Of a stretch of DNA of 64,000 bases, positions 1 through 13,300 are shown one piece after another. A program made the translations under genes and the position numbers. The notes beneath the pieces were generated by a model. That model did no database searches, was not told the origin of the DNA, and was given only the letters and a program-made list of their open reading frames with translations. Every line of letters starts with the position of its first letter. Within the stretch, counting starts at the first letter, position 1. Origin of the DNA: Paraspadella gotoi (taxonomy: Eukaryota > Animalia > Chaetognatha); NCBI GenBank assembly GCA_051294375.1, contig CM119265.1, forward strand, positions 18,338,631 through 18,402,630. Direction: 5' to 3'.

Positions 1-157
1 AAACCTCTTCAAACCAATTCTAAGCAAAACGATCAACAGACCCAGCACTCTTTTGGGAAATCCGAGACACAAAGAATCACAAAGGAAAAAGAAATTGGTA
101 AACCAGAGCAGAGAATGCGGGCGGTCAAACGTGGCGGACACTCGAGGCCGTACAGAC

Positions 158-294
158 CTGATTGTTGGAGAGGTCGATCCGCCTGAGCCTCTTGTACTCG
201 GCAAAGGCTCTGGCGGGGACTCTGGAGATCTGGTTCTGCTCGAGTCGAAGCTCCACAGTCTCGTCGGGGATGTTGGAAGGGATCGTCGTCAGAC
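158..294 (-). CDS. slit: slit coding exon 9 (D2 LRRs, Robo-binding domain); gene continues off the left edge
   Basis: Acceptor aattttccag|; (G)LTTIPSNIPDETVELRLEQNQISRVPARAFAEYKRLRRIDLSNNQ, with the Slit D2 signature LRRIDLSNNQ; donor CAG|GTCTGT; 137 nt, phase 1 to 0. Confidence 0.95.
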
Positions 295-509
295 CTGGAA
301 AATTGGGTGAAACGATGGGGTCGGGGGAAAAGCAGGTTTAAGTTCCGTTGTCCGTTATTTTAAGGCGTTCAATACTTCGTTCATCACTTTGTTCTTTCGA
401 TCGTTTGTTCGTTAACTTGTTCATTGCTTCGCTCATGCCTCCATCATTTTCATCTTCGGTCGTTTAGTTCGCTTCGATCTTTCGTTCGTTTGTTCCCTTT
501 TTCTATTAC

Positions 510-582
510 CTTTGTCCCTGCAGTCGACGATTCCTTCAGTACAGATGCAGTCTTGTGGACAAAGAGGTTCGTCGATGCATTC
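510..582 (-). CDS. slit: slit coding exon 8 (D2 LRRNT)
   Basis: Acceptor ttttctttcgtcag|; ECIDEPLCPQDCICTEGIVDCRDK+G, matching the Slit D2 N-cap CPxxCxCxxGIVDCR; donor AAG|GTAATA; 73 nt, phase 0 to 1. Confidence 0.93.
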
Positions 583-2944
583 CTGACGAAAGAAAAAAAA
601 TCGTGAATGAGTAATAAATTAATTGAGGCGCCACTCGAGGTGGGCGGTTCTTATCAGTAGGGGTGATTAGCAGCTCTCTCTCTCTCTCTCTCTCTCNNNN
701 NNNNNNNNNNNNNNNNNNNNNNNNNNNNNNNNNNNNNNNNNNNNNNNNNNNNNNNNNNNNNNNNNNNNNNNNNNNNNNNNNNNNNNNNNNNNNNNNNNNN
801 NNNNNNNNNNNNNNNNNNNNNNNNNNNNNNNNNNNNNNNNNNNNNNNNNNNNNNNNNNNNNNNNNNNNNNNNNNNNNNNNNNNNNNNNNNNNNNNNNNNN
901 NNNNNNNNNNNNNNNNNNNNNNNNNNNNNNNNNNNNNNNNNNNNNNNNNNNNNNNNNNNNNNNNNNNNNNNNNNNNNNNNNNNNNNNNNNNNNNNNNNNN
1001 NNNNNNNNNNNNNNNNNNNNNNNNNNNNNNNNNNNNNNNNNNNNNNNNNNNNNNNNNNNNNNNNNNNNNNNNNNNNNNNNNNNNNNNNNNNNNNNNNNNN
1101 NNNNNNNNNNGGGGGGGGATCGAGGGGAGGGAGAGGAGGGGGGGAAAAGGGTGATCGTGAAAGCGTGATCGAAGAGGCCGACCGACCGGCCAAGAGGCGT
1201 CGGGACGAACCCCGGGCGCGGATGGCCTGGGCGTGGCAGGTAAAGTCGCCATTCATTACTCATTGTTTCCTCCCTCGGATTCTCTTCGAGGCGTGGCGAT
1301 GACGCGCTCAGCCCCCACGTGGCGTCGTGACCCGCGCGACGTTGACGCGGCGCGTGACGTGGCCGTCGCCCGCGGGTTTAGGTTGATCTCCGAAGATCGA
1401 TCGTCGAATTAAATCTCATCCTTTAATGTCATCGTCGCTTCGGGGGGAAAGAAGATAATGTCAATTCTTTCCTTTCTTTAATGCGTTCGCGGGGAAAAAA
1501 AGTGAAGAAAATTAAGGGGAAAAAAACGGGAAATAATAGCTTTTTTGTGTGTTTTTTTTTGTTAGAAGAGAAACACTTGAGAAAGTTAAAATAAGATAAT
1601 TGCCTTAACCGCTGAGCGAGCCTGTTTGGTTATTGCGGAATAAACACTGAGAATTCGAAATTTCTTTGTTATGTCGAGAAGATATAATATTAATAGGATG
1701 CTCCTATATTTGTTTCTCCATGATTTCGATAATATTAAATAAATCGTCTTCCTCAGCGTCGTCGTCGTCGTCGTCATCGTCGTCATAGTATTCCGTGACG
1801 CTTCGACCCTTTCTTCCCCCTCCGGCCAGACTACACAACCCGTTACACTTTATCGCTTTATTTTCCTTCTTTTTTTTTCAAACATCGCGACTTTTTTTTT
1901 CGTAGTAAAGTGATTAACGGAGTTTTCTTGACGTCTTTACGATCGTCCTTCCCTGGCGATGATCCAACGCAGTCGTCGTCCTCGTCGTCGTTGTCGCCGT
2001 CGTCGCCTCTGNNNNNNNNNNNNNNNNNNNNNNNNNNNNNNNNNNNNNNNNNNNNNNNNNNNNNNNNNNNNNNNNNNNNNNNNNNNNNNNNNNNNNNNNN
2101 NNNNNNNNNNNNNNNNNNNNNNNNNNNNNNNNNNNNNNTTTTTTTTTTCTCGGGTCGACGTCCTCATCGTCTTCGTCGTCGTCGTCGTCGTTTTCTTCGT
2201 CGTCATCGTCTTTCGATCATCGTCTTCCCGAAAGCAAAGAAAAGCGGTCTTCGTCACCCACGCATTCGTCATCGCCTGGTCTTCGTCACGATCTTCGTTG
2301 TCGTCACCATCGTCGTCGTCGTCGTCGTTCCTCCGCCGAATTACGAGACACATTTACAGCGGGGCCCTCTGCTGCGAAATTCGCTGGCCGAACGAGGAAA
2401 ACCGCGGGACGGAAAATCCACATTTTATCAAAACGACGAAGACTGGAGATTTTGACGGATCCGGGCGAGACTCGACGAGAGTCCCGTCGCGTCAACGGCC
2501 GACGCCCCGCCTTCGTCCAAAGTCTTCGTAGATTCGATTAGTCGGTCGGTCGATCGGTCGATCGGTCGGTCGAGACGATCCGTCTTTTGCTGTTTTGTCG
2601 GCTGTTGTTTTAAAACTATTGAATTGGCTGTTTCGTTCGTTATTTTGGTTAAAGATTTTTTTTTTTTAAATAACTTTGTTCGTTGTTTCGTTTATAATGC
2701 ATTTCATAATGATATATAATATATTATTCATATATTATATTATATAATTCATTGTCTCCTTTTTCCTAATACTGACAATATGACCGATAATACGAAATTA
2801 GTTTAATTATAGAAAAATTGTTTTGTTGTTTGTTTTTTTCTCTCTTGATTCAATCATCTCATTTTTCTCCTTTGATTCATGCTGACCCGCGCGCTAAATA
2901 GATTCATTAATGAATTCATTCATATGTTGATTCAATAATTTCTC

Positions 2945-3076
<132 letters not shown>

Positions 3077-3463
3077 ATTAACCCTCGTCGCCCGTCGGTG
3101 AATCTGATTAAAACCTCATTTACTCTTCCTTTCTTTCTCCCTTTTTTTCTTTTCTTTTTTCCCCTTTGTTTCTCGCCTTTTCCTTTTCGGTTTTTTTCAT
3201 GTTTTTCAACTTGTTTTGTTAACTATTATATTCATCTTTCTTCATGTAATCCTCAGGGATGTAATCCAATCACTTTTTTTTATCTTTCCTACTTCTAGTC
3301 AAGAAAAACTATTCTCTTTCACAAACTCCACCCGGTTCTCACAAACGCTTCACTGAGACGTCTTCACATCCAGAATCCGATTCATTTTTTTCTCCCGGAT
3401 TAGACATAACAAAGACTCAGAGCAACAGCAAGGACATCAAAGGATAAGTTGATATCAACAACA

Positions 3464-3610
3464 ATGGCTGCGTCATCTAACGAGAAATCGAATCAACATT
3501 TCTACGTCGCCAAAACCGTACTATCACAACAACAACAACAACAACAACAACAACGCCTCCCATCGTCGGTCAGCGCGAGCCCTCAGTCGGGCAGATACTT
3601 CCTCGTCTAA
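3464..3610 (+). CDS. Candidate 48-aa small ORF antisense to slit intron 7 (unverified)
   Basis: ACAATGG start; MAASSNEKSNQHFYVAKTVLSQQQQQQQQQRLPSSVSASPQSGRYFLV*; upstream + strand polypyrimidine tract and acceptor-like TAG ending at 3298. No homology recognised. Confidence 0.2.
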   Translation: MAASSNEKSNQHFYVAKTVLSQQQQQQQQQRLPSSVSASPQSGRYFLV

Positions 3611-5164
3611 AAATAGAATCTCGTCGATAAAAATCTAAAGGGCCGACGTTTCGCTGAAGGCGATGCGGCGGTCGTTGACATGAAAGTAGTTGTATTCGAA
3701 GTTGTCGTTGTAGTATTCGAATGAAGAATGAAGAATGAAGATTGCTGAAGATCTGCAGCTGTTCGTGGCCCGCGTCAAGGACGTTCCGTTTTGGCGGCGA
3801 CCGTTTTTGTCAGAGTTAAATGTGCGCGTCGAAGATAAACTGTTTGTTTTTGTCGTCGTCGATGTCGTGATTTAAAGTTTGGAAAGAATACGACGACCAC
3901 GACGACGACTACTATGAATATATGGATGAACTATGAAGAGTGCGTCTCACACGAAAACAACGACGACTTAGACGAAGACATTTGAAATCACGTTGAATTA
4001 GTTTGTGAGATTGTTAAGTAGACCATCAAAAGGAAGGTGAAGACGATGTCAACTAAAACGACTACAACGACGACGACTGCAACGACGACGACGCATCGAC
4101 TCCGGTATCCTCATCATCTCCAGAGTGAAATCAGGCAGAACATATTTCACGCCTCATAAATTTGAGGATCGCGAAGAGACCAAAAAGAAGAGAGACGAAA
4201 ATTCCAAAGACGCATAAATTCCCTTCGAAAGACAAGAGGGAGAGAGAGGGAGAGAGAGGAGGGAAGAAAGATGGCGAAGGGCGCAAGATTTTTTTTTTTT
4301 TTTTTTAGAGCCGACTGGATTACTTTAATCTCATTTACATATTGCAGTGCCTAGAATTTTATTTAACCGACAGCTTTCAAAAGTTCTTATTTTCTAAAAA
4401 TAATATACTAATTTTTTTTATTTAAATTAGAATAATTTGGTTTTGAAATTATGAAAAATTATACGTAATCCCGGCTAAATGAATAAAGAACATTTTAAAA
4501 GAGAAAAATCGGTTCACCAACCATCGAAAAACAAGCAAATGGGCTGAATATTTTCAATACAATTTTGTATTTGGAGAAATCTGTTGCTTTAAATAAGTGC
4601 TTGTCTGAAATGGGGTAATTAAAAATTTAAAATCTGACCGACGCTGGTCTAAATGAAAGAGAGTCAACTTGAATCTTCGTCATCGACATTTATCTTCAGC
4701 ATAATCATCTTTTATTGTCTTCTTGCATTTTTTGTTATTAAAAATTGGTGGTCGTCATCTACGTAGATTGTGGGAAATTAGATGGTTGTGGTCAAAATTT
4801 ATCCAAAGTGAAGATCGAAGCGGCGGTAGCGGCATCAGCAGCGGCGGCCAACTTGGTCGACTTTCTCTTGCCGTCAAAGCGCAAAGTGGCCATTCGATCT
4901 TTTACGCCGAAATCAAAACGATCGTCACGCTGTGAATCCGCGAAGATCACGGAAGATCGAGATGAACCGAAGTGAATCGCGTTGGATCACTGCGAATCCA
5001 AGTGAAATTCGGCCAATCTCGGTAGTGGAGGAATGTGAGCTGAGATATAGTGGAAAAATTTGGTATTCTCCTGATCGTTTATTTATAGCGCGTTTCATGA
5101 TCAACACATTTTATATACTTTAACAACTTCGCGATGTAAATGCATATCATTTCCTAGCAAATAG

Positions 5165-5199
<35 letters not shown>

Positions 5200-5870
5200 A
5201 CCTTCACCGAAATGACCGATATATGCTTTCGAAGAAGCAAAAATAAGAAGACGACGACGACAAGGACGACGACGACAGTGATGTCGACGTAAACGCCGAC
5301 GTTGTCGACGACGATGACAGCGACGACGGCGTCGACACCGCGCCATCCTGGGTGTTCTCCTTTCGTCCCCCTCGTAAATACCGCGTAATGTCAAGAACAA
5401 CAAAAAAAAAACACTTTCACGCTTGTAAAAACTTTTTCGAGGAAAAAAATACGAGGTTGGAGTGGGTTAGGGTGGTTGGGGTGGGTTAGGGTGGGCCATA
5501 TTTGTAGGAATTCGTCACTCCCCTTTTTTTTTCTCTCAAATATTTTCCAGTTTATTTTTAAAGAGACTAAGTTAAAATTCGTGTCTCCCGCCGTCGCTCA
5601 AAGTGTCGCTTGTCACAAAGTGAAGAATTTATTGTTCTTGTCGATTTTAATTTCGTTCTCTTAGTTTGTTTTGTTTTTTTTTGCCTTTTTTTATTGCGAT
5701 ATATTCTGTTTATAAAAAACACGATGATAACAGTTCGTTTATAGGTTGAGTTTACTTGTATAATATTTATATCTTTGTAAATTTTTGTAGCTTTTTATAT
5801 GAGCGGTGGTATAAGTGGTCCGCTTTATATGTACCTTGCTTTCTCTCTCTCTTTCTTCCTCTCTTTCTTT

Positions 5871-5929
<59 letters not shown>

Positions 5930-6479
5930 CGAAAAACAAAAAATGAGAGCAAAAAAACAAAAAAAAGGAGACAGAGAGAGAGTGGAAAAGACAAACGCAC
6001 TGTTGGAGCTGGACGAAGGAGAAAGAGAGAGAAAATTGGAAGGTAATGAGGAGGAACGGTGGGAGGGAGGGATCAAAAGAGAATTAGGAGGAGGAAAGAA
6101 AAAGTATAAAAAGGAAAAAAATATATAGAAACGGAACGCTCGACTGTTTTTGTTATGAACAACCCAGACACGGAAAGGGAAGGTAGAGGGGAAATTGTGG
6201 AATGGTTGGGGGAGAGAGAGAGAGNNNNNNNNNNNNNNNNNNNNNNNNNNNNNNGAGAGAGACATTGATGAAAACACAAAAAAGAAGGAGGTTTTACGAA
6301 GATTTCCGAGGGATAAATAGAGAAAGGGAAATAGGATACGCAGTTTAAAAGGGAGTAAAAAAAATACCAGCGGAGAGAAAACGTCAAAAAAACGTCAAAT
6401 GACGAAAGCGTGACGTAAGACGATCACATAAGGCTGCTATTTCCTATCTCTACATTCGATTTCACTCTGTGAGTCTCAC

Positions 6480-6567
6480 CTGTGAAGACTGCTGTTCGAG
6501 TCCGTTGTAATCGTAGTCGAGATTTTGATCGTTCAGCTCGAGATTCCAGATGTTGTTTTTCGAGATT
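6480..6567 (-). CDS. slit: slit coding exon 7 (D1-D2 linker, inferred)
   Basis: Acceptor ccatttccag|, donor CAG|GTGAGA; (R)ISKNNIWNLELNDQNLDYDYNGLEQQSSQ; 88 nt, phase 2 to 0, exactly the change needed to join exon 6 to exon 8. No recognisable homology, so the call rests on splice sites and frame. Confidence 0.75.
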
Positions 6568-7071
6568 CTGGAAATGGAGTAATTTACTAATTTTATACAT
6601 AATATTAGTCAAATTTACCAAATTTACCTTTACTTTAGATCTTGAGATAAAGATATTTAAAAAACAGTGTGATTTTCTTTCACCTTATAATAATTTCAAA
6701 TTCTTTTAAACCCTTTTTTTTTGCAGTGTAGGATATCGTCATACGCAAACCAATTTTCAACTAATTATTTTCTTAATATCTAATCGTTTAATTATTTTTA
6801 TCCTTGATTCAAATTTTTTTTATAAAAAAAACTTATAATGTAAAAAAATGTACCAAAAAGAATTCTAATCTGGAAAAGGTCGAAACTCATCCTCCTCCTC
6901 CTCCTCTTCCTCTTTCAGTCTCTTCGTTTCTCCTCGAATTTACGCGAAAAATTCTTGAGACGAATTTTTATGGGCGCATGGAATTAAATCCGGGTTTTTC
7001 AGAAAGTCAAATTGCATCCGGGGAAGCTTCCCAATCTCTTTGCCGCGAATCTTTATTACGCGGAAAAAAAG

Positions 7072-7181
<110 letters not shown>

Positions 7182-7975
7182 TTAAGGAGGGGAGGTTAAT
7201 GTGAGATGGGTGGGGGCATAGAGGGGCAAGGTAGGTATATATAAAGAGAGAAGATAAGAACGAAGGATGTTATGAATACTGAAATACTGTACACGTGATA
7301 ATATGAGAAAAGTTAGAAAAGTAAAAAAGGATTAGAGAGGTAGAAACCATGTTAAAGCTACGATATAAAGATGCAAAATAAAACGACTTGAGCCCCAAAC
7401 TTTAAAACTTTAGATACTTCATGACAACCTATGTCTCAGAAAATTCCCAAAAATAAAAAAATTTACATTCGTTAATTCGAAGAAATTTAATATTCCGAAT
7501 CTCGTTAAACCGAGTTCGCTCTCCATAATCGAAAGGAGAGGGAACAAAAAGGGAGGAGTTATGAGCGGAAGTTATGGGTTAGGATAGAGGGGAAGGNNNN
7601 NNNNNNNNNNNNNNNNNNNNNNNNNNNNNNNNNNNNNNNNNNNNNNNNNNNNNNNNNNNNNNNNNNNNNNNNNNNNNNNNNNNNNNNNNNNNNNNNNNNN
7701 NNNNNNNNNNNNNNNNNNNNNNNNNNNNNNNNNNNNNNNNNNNNNNNNNNNNNNNNNNNNNNNNNNNNNNNNNNNNNNNNNNNNNNNNNNNNNNNNNNNN
7801 NNNNNNNNNNNNNNNNNNNNNNNNNNNNNNNNNNNNNNNNNNNNNNNNNNNNNNNNNNNNNNNNCGGAAAAGGATGCTAAGGGAAAAGAGAAAAAATAAT
7901 TTAGCGGAAAATAGATATTAGAGAAAACAACTAAAATTGGAAGGGACGAGNNNNNNNNNNNNNNNNNNNNNNNNN

Positions 7976-10256
7976 GAATCCGCCGAAGTTATCTCTATAT
8001 ATCACTTAGGAATGCATCGAGATGAACTCTCGATACGTGCAGATCTCGTCTGTTGGTGGATCTACCCTGCGAAATTTCTCACAGTGAAATTGCTGTTTCT
8101 TTTTCGTTTTTAACGTACATATCTTTCTAGTTAGTTTTAATAGGCACATTTGATTTGAAGTCTAGAATATATTAGGTGTGTATAAAAATCTTCTAGGTGT
8201 ATTTAATATTCTTCTTCTTCTTTGACATCATTTCAATTAATTTATAGTCGATTAGCCCAACATTATGTCGTTTTCACTTGACTCATACACATTTTATTAT
8301 AGCTTTAACAACTCCGATGCTACACACGCCCGATATCATCTTTCCTTCCACTAAAAGCAGAATAGTATTCTCCTTCTCTCTACTCCTCCTCTTCGTCCTG
8401 TCGATCAATCTCTCCACTCTTCCTTCTCTTTCCTTCTCCCGCCTCTCTCCTCTCCCGTCTCTCTCCCTTCCTTCGCAACCCACCCATCGCCTCTCTCTTT
8501 CCTCTTCCTCCTCTCTCCCTCCTCCCTCCGTTCCTCCTCTCTCTCCTCTGCTCATTGACCTTCACCGAAATGACCGATATATATGCTTTCGAAGAAGCAA
8601 AAATAAGAAGACGACGACGACAAGGACGACGACGACAGTGATGTCGACGTAAACGCCGGACGTTGTCGACGACGATGACAGCGACGACGGCGTCCGACAA
8701 CCCCAACCCTCACCGCGCCACTCTAGGTTGTTACTCCTTTCGTCCCCCGCCCTAACCGACTAAAGTGCCTGCATATTAGGGATTAAAATCTCCAGTAAAA
8801 TATGCCTCCCAGCGCGTATTTGTCAAGACTTATTGTCCGCTGGTCCGAGTCAAAAAATAAAAACACCCTTTCACAGCTTGTAAAAACTTTTTCGACGGAA
8901 AAAACAATTACCCACGCCTTTTGTGATGTGGGTTAGGAGCCAGTGAGAGTTGCGAGACCGGTGGGATTAGTGGGTGGGAGTCCCAGTATTTGTAGGATAT
9001 CTTCCCGTCCACTAGGTTTGAAACATGGCGATGAACTGTTCTTGAGGAAGAAGCCGCGCTCTCTTTTCTCCCCTTTTTTTTTCTCGGGCGGCGCCCTCAA
9101 AATAATTTTCCAGTTTAATTCTTACAAGAGACTAAGCGGCTTAAAAGTTGCGTTGATCTCTCCGGCAGCCGTCGCTGGGCAGATAGCAGTGTGTCGTCTA
9201 TGACATCAGAAGTGGAGAGGGAGATGTGAGGGTGTTGGTGTCACACTATAGGAGTGGTGTATGGAAGGAGATACGATTGTAGAGATGTTCGTTACTCATA
9301 GTTTGTTGTAAGTATATGTGGGTTGATGGACCAAATATTAGTGTTTGATTGACAGATAATTACTCGTCATGTGTAAAAAAGAGTAAAAGACAAAAACAAC
9401 AGATGATAAGACAGATATCGTACTATCATTTAGGGAGAATACATTACTAGTGCTATATATCTCATATTTAATATCTTATGATAAATCCAAACACTATCTC
9501 GCGTAAGCTTTTTATACGAGTTGCGGATGGTATATCGTAGTTGGTCCCGCCATTTTTAAAGTTATATGTACCTCTCCTAACTTGGCCCCTTCCCTCGCTT
9601 CTAACTTTTCTTCACCTTTCCTCTATAAAATCTACTCTTTCTCTTTCTCATCTTCTCAGTTCTTTCTTCCCCGGCATCGCGCAACCGCCACCTTTCCTCT
9701 CTCCTCTGCGACTCCATCCTCTCTCCTCTCTCCGATCTCTCTCTCTTCCTCCGCTCTCTCTGTCTCTTCTCTCTCCACGAAAAACAAAAAATGAAGCAAA
9801 ATTTTCTTTTCTTCTTCCGGGCAAAAAATAAAGAGAAAGAACAAAAAAAGGAGACAAAGAGAAGAGTGGAAAAGACAAACCACTGTTGGAGCTGGACGAA
9901 GGAGAAAGAGAGAGAAAATTGGAAGTAATGAGGAGGAACGGTGGGAGGGAGGGATCAAAGAGAATAAGAATGTGTATGTTAAAGAAAAAACCAGTAGTCA
10001 AAAATATAGGTAAAAATATATAATATTAGCCAAAGCGTCGCAACTGCCTGAACTGTTTTTGTTATTAGACACAACATCCAGAACACAAGGAAAGGGAAGG
10101 TAGAGGAGGGAAATTGTTGGAATGGTTGGGGAGAGAGAGAGAGATACGAGAAAAGAGATGTAACTATCCTATTCTTCAATAGAGAGCCGAAAAGCACAGG
10201 GAAAAGGCGTAGAAAGATAAAAGATTGGAAGACGAATAAAAAAATTGTAAACAGAG

Positions 10257-10332
<76 letters not shown>

Positions 10333-13300
10333 AGAGAGGAGGAGAGAGAAGAGAGAAGAGAGAGAGGAGAGGGACATTGATGAAAACACAAAAAAAAGAA
10401 AAGGAGGTTTAACCGAAGATTTCCGAGGGAATATCAAAAATATCAAAGACAGAGTGACAATACGGAATACGCGAGTTCCTTATAGAAAGGGAGTAAAACG
10501 AAAAAATTACCAGCTGAAGCAGAGAAAACGTCAAACCCAAAAACGTCAAAGATTTCCGCAAGAGAGCGTGATACCGTTAAGACGTATCACATTAATGGCG
10601 CTATTTTCTCTATTCTTCTAAGCTATTCGATTTTCACCCTTCTTGTGATTTCTCTTCATCTGAAGACTGCTGTTCGATCTCGTCGGGTTTGCTAATCGTA
10701 GCTCCGAAATGATTCTCGTATTCCGCTCTCTTCAGCTCGACTCTCGAGATTTCCAATGTTGTTTTTCGTAGATTCTGTATAATGCCAGGTGTAATTTATG
10801 CTTTAATTTTTCCGAGTTCAGCACTCCACGATGAATATAGTCAAACATATGAACAATTTACAAATAGAGCCTCTTTGAGCGGAAAATTTTAGATATCTGT
10901 ATGAGAGACTACAACAGAATAAATTATCATCACAGAAAAAGAGTAAGTGATAATTTCTGTGCGTATTTCAAGCGACCGAATGGATGACGTACTATAATTT
11001 CAATCTTCAAATTCTCCGTCTATGAGATGAGAAACGCAGAGAGCATAAAATGATGTAGTTTTTGTTGGGCAGTGTGAGATATCGTCAACGCAAAACCAAT
11101 TTTCAAAAAGCTAATCAGATTTTCCTTGAAATATATCTAATGCGTGAAATGAAGAAGTTATTTTTATTATCCACGTTGATATCAAGATTTATATTATTTG
11201 AAAAAAAAACTTATAATGTAAAAAAAATGATACCAAAAAGAGATGTCATAAGTAGACTAATGGAGATGCTGAGGAAAAGGTCAGAAAACACTCAGCCTAC
11301 TAGGCTCCTACACTCGCGTCTACCTCTTTCAGGAGAAGGAGGAGGTACGTCGAGGTTCGTTTACTCCTGGGCAAGCACAGAATTTACGGGAGGGGGAGGA
11401 CGAAAAAGAAAAAATTCCTTGAAGGAATTTTTAATGAGGAGAGCAGAGGACAGGAGAATTGGAAGTCGCAGGAGGGTTTTTTATCAGGAAAAATCGAAAG
11501 AAGTTAGGCATCAACGAGCGGGGAAGCTTAAAGCACGCAAAGTACTCGTATTCCAGGCGATTCATTGTAATTTTAAACGGCGCGGAGAGAAAAAAAAAAA
11601 GGAGCCAGAGAGAGAGAGAGAAGAAGAAAGAAGAGAGCTTTTATCATCTCCGGGAGAAGCCACGAGAGGAGAAGGAAGAAGAGAGAAAGAAGAGAGAGAG
11701 AGTAGAGGAGAGAGAGAGAGAGGAGAGGAAAGAGGAGAGAAGGCGGACCAGAAGAGAAATGAACAGGAGAGAAAACAGTGATGTAGAACATGAGAAGACG
11801 AGAGAAATCACTCTAACAAACCGAACCTATAAAGGAAGGGGAGGTTAATGTGAGATGGGTGGGCGGCATAGAGGCATGGCACAGGTAGGTATCACTCTTT
11901 GTCGCCGCTTGGTTTTTCGCCCATTCGCCCTTAAAACACGAGCAAAGAAGTCAAAGCTTTGTTTGCTTTCACTGTTAATTTAATCTTGCGTCATTATTTA
12001 TATTTTCTACGTTCCTTCATTTGCTTTCAATTGAAGGAATGTTCTTAATGTGTTCGTAATTAACCTTGAAATACTGTAACACGGTGATAATTATCTTGAG
12101 AAAATTGTTAGAAATTAAAAGTTATAAAAAAGTTCGATTACTGAAGATGGAGGAATTAGAATAGTAGGTAATTACTTATATATTTTAATTATTAATTATT
12201 ATTATATTATTACAATTTATTATTATTTATTACAATTCAGGGACTTAAATCCTGATAATATTTTAATTATTAAGATATATTAATTATATTAATTTTTAGA
12301 TCATTTCTTACGTTATGTAATTTAGATTCAAAATAAACGCATCTTTGACAGCCTCTCGGCGGAGAGCCCCAAAAACTCTTAAAAACTTTAGATAACTTCA
12401 TGGACAAACCTATGATCTCAGAAAATTTTCTCCCAAAAATAAAAAATTATCACTCAAGAATATTCATTTATTTCTTTTTCCTTCCTCCTCCACCCCTTTT
12501 CACTTCTCTCTATCTACTTTCTCCGGTCTTAATTCGATCATAAATCATCTTTATACTTCTCTCATTTCCCTTCCAGAATTCCTTCTCTCTTAAATCATTC
12601 ATCAACCCGTCCATCGTTCTCCTCTCGCTCTCTCTCTCTCCTCTCTCGCTCCATCTCTAAACATCTCTTGATCCTCTTTCTAGACGATCTTCAATGCTCA
12701 AGTATATCCACTTTTTTACGTATTAATCATACTTCTTTCTTAACTAGCGACCCTTTATTACTTTAGTGCCCCTTTGCCCCCTTCCTTTTTCTTTAAAAAA
12801 CAACTTACAACCCCATTAAGATTCTCTTATCCTCCTCAGAAAAAAACTCTTTCCTCCTACACGCAGCCTTCCCTCTCCTTCTCCTCTTGACCTCCCCTTT
12901 TCCCACCTCGTAATCCTTCCCTCACTCCCCTTCTCCTCTCACTCCCTGACTCACCTCCTCCTCTTATTCCTCCCGTTCTGAGTACGAATCGATACTTCAG
13001 AGCGAAACGTGGCTGTTTTTTTTTTATATTTTAAAAAGAAGTTTCCCTCTTCCTTTCAACGACTTTTTCTCTTATTCTGGTTACATTCCCGGGTAAAGTC
13101 TTTCTTCCCAGGTAAAAAGAGAAATTCCTTCGTTTCCGTATGTCGTTACTATAGTTCCGGCCAAGCGAAGCGAGGGCGAGAAATTTGGGCAGAAATTTGA
13201 GGAGGATGAAGGAAACCAGAAAGGGGGGGGGCAGCCATAACGAAGCCAAGAACAAGGAAGGTTTTTCTTAGGGAAGCAAAAAAAAAAATAAACGAAATGG

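Noticed and set aside
10655-10777. Second exon-7-like sequence suggesting mutually exclusive exons
   Set aside because: Part of the noisy duplicate; frame and donor site are destroyed by indels.
11062-11781. 239-aa ORF
   Set aside because: Lies in the error-rich duplicate of 6720-7200; not supported by the clean copy.
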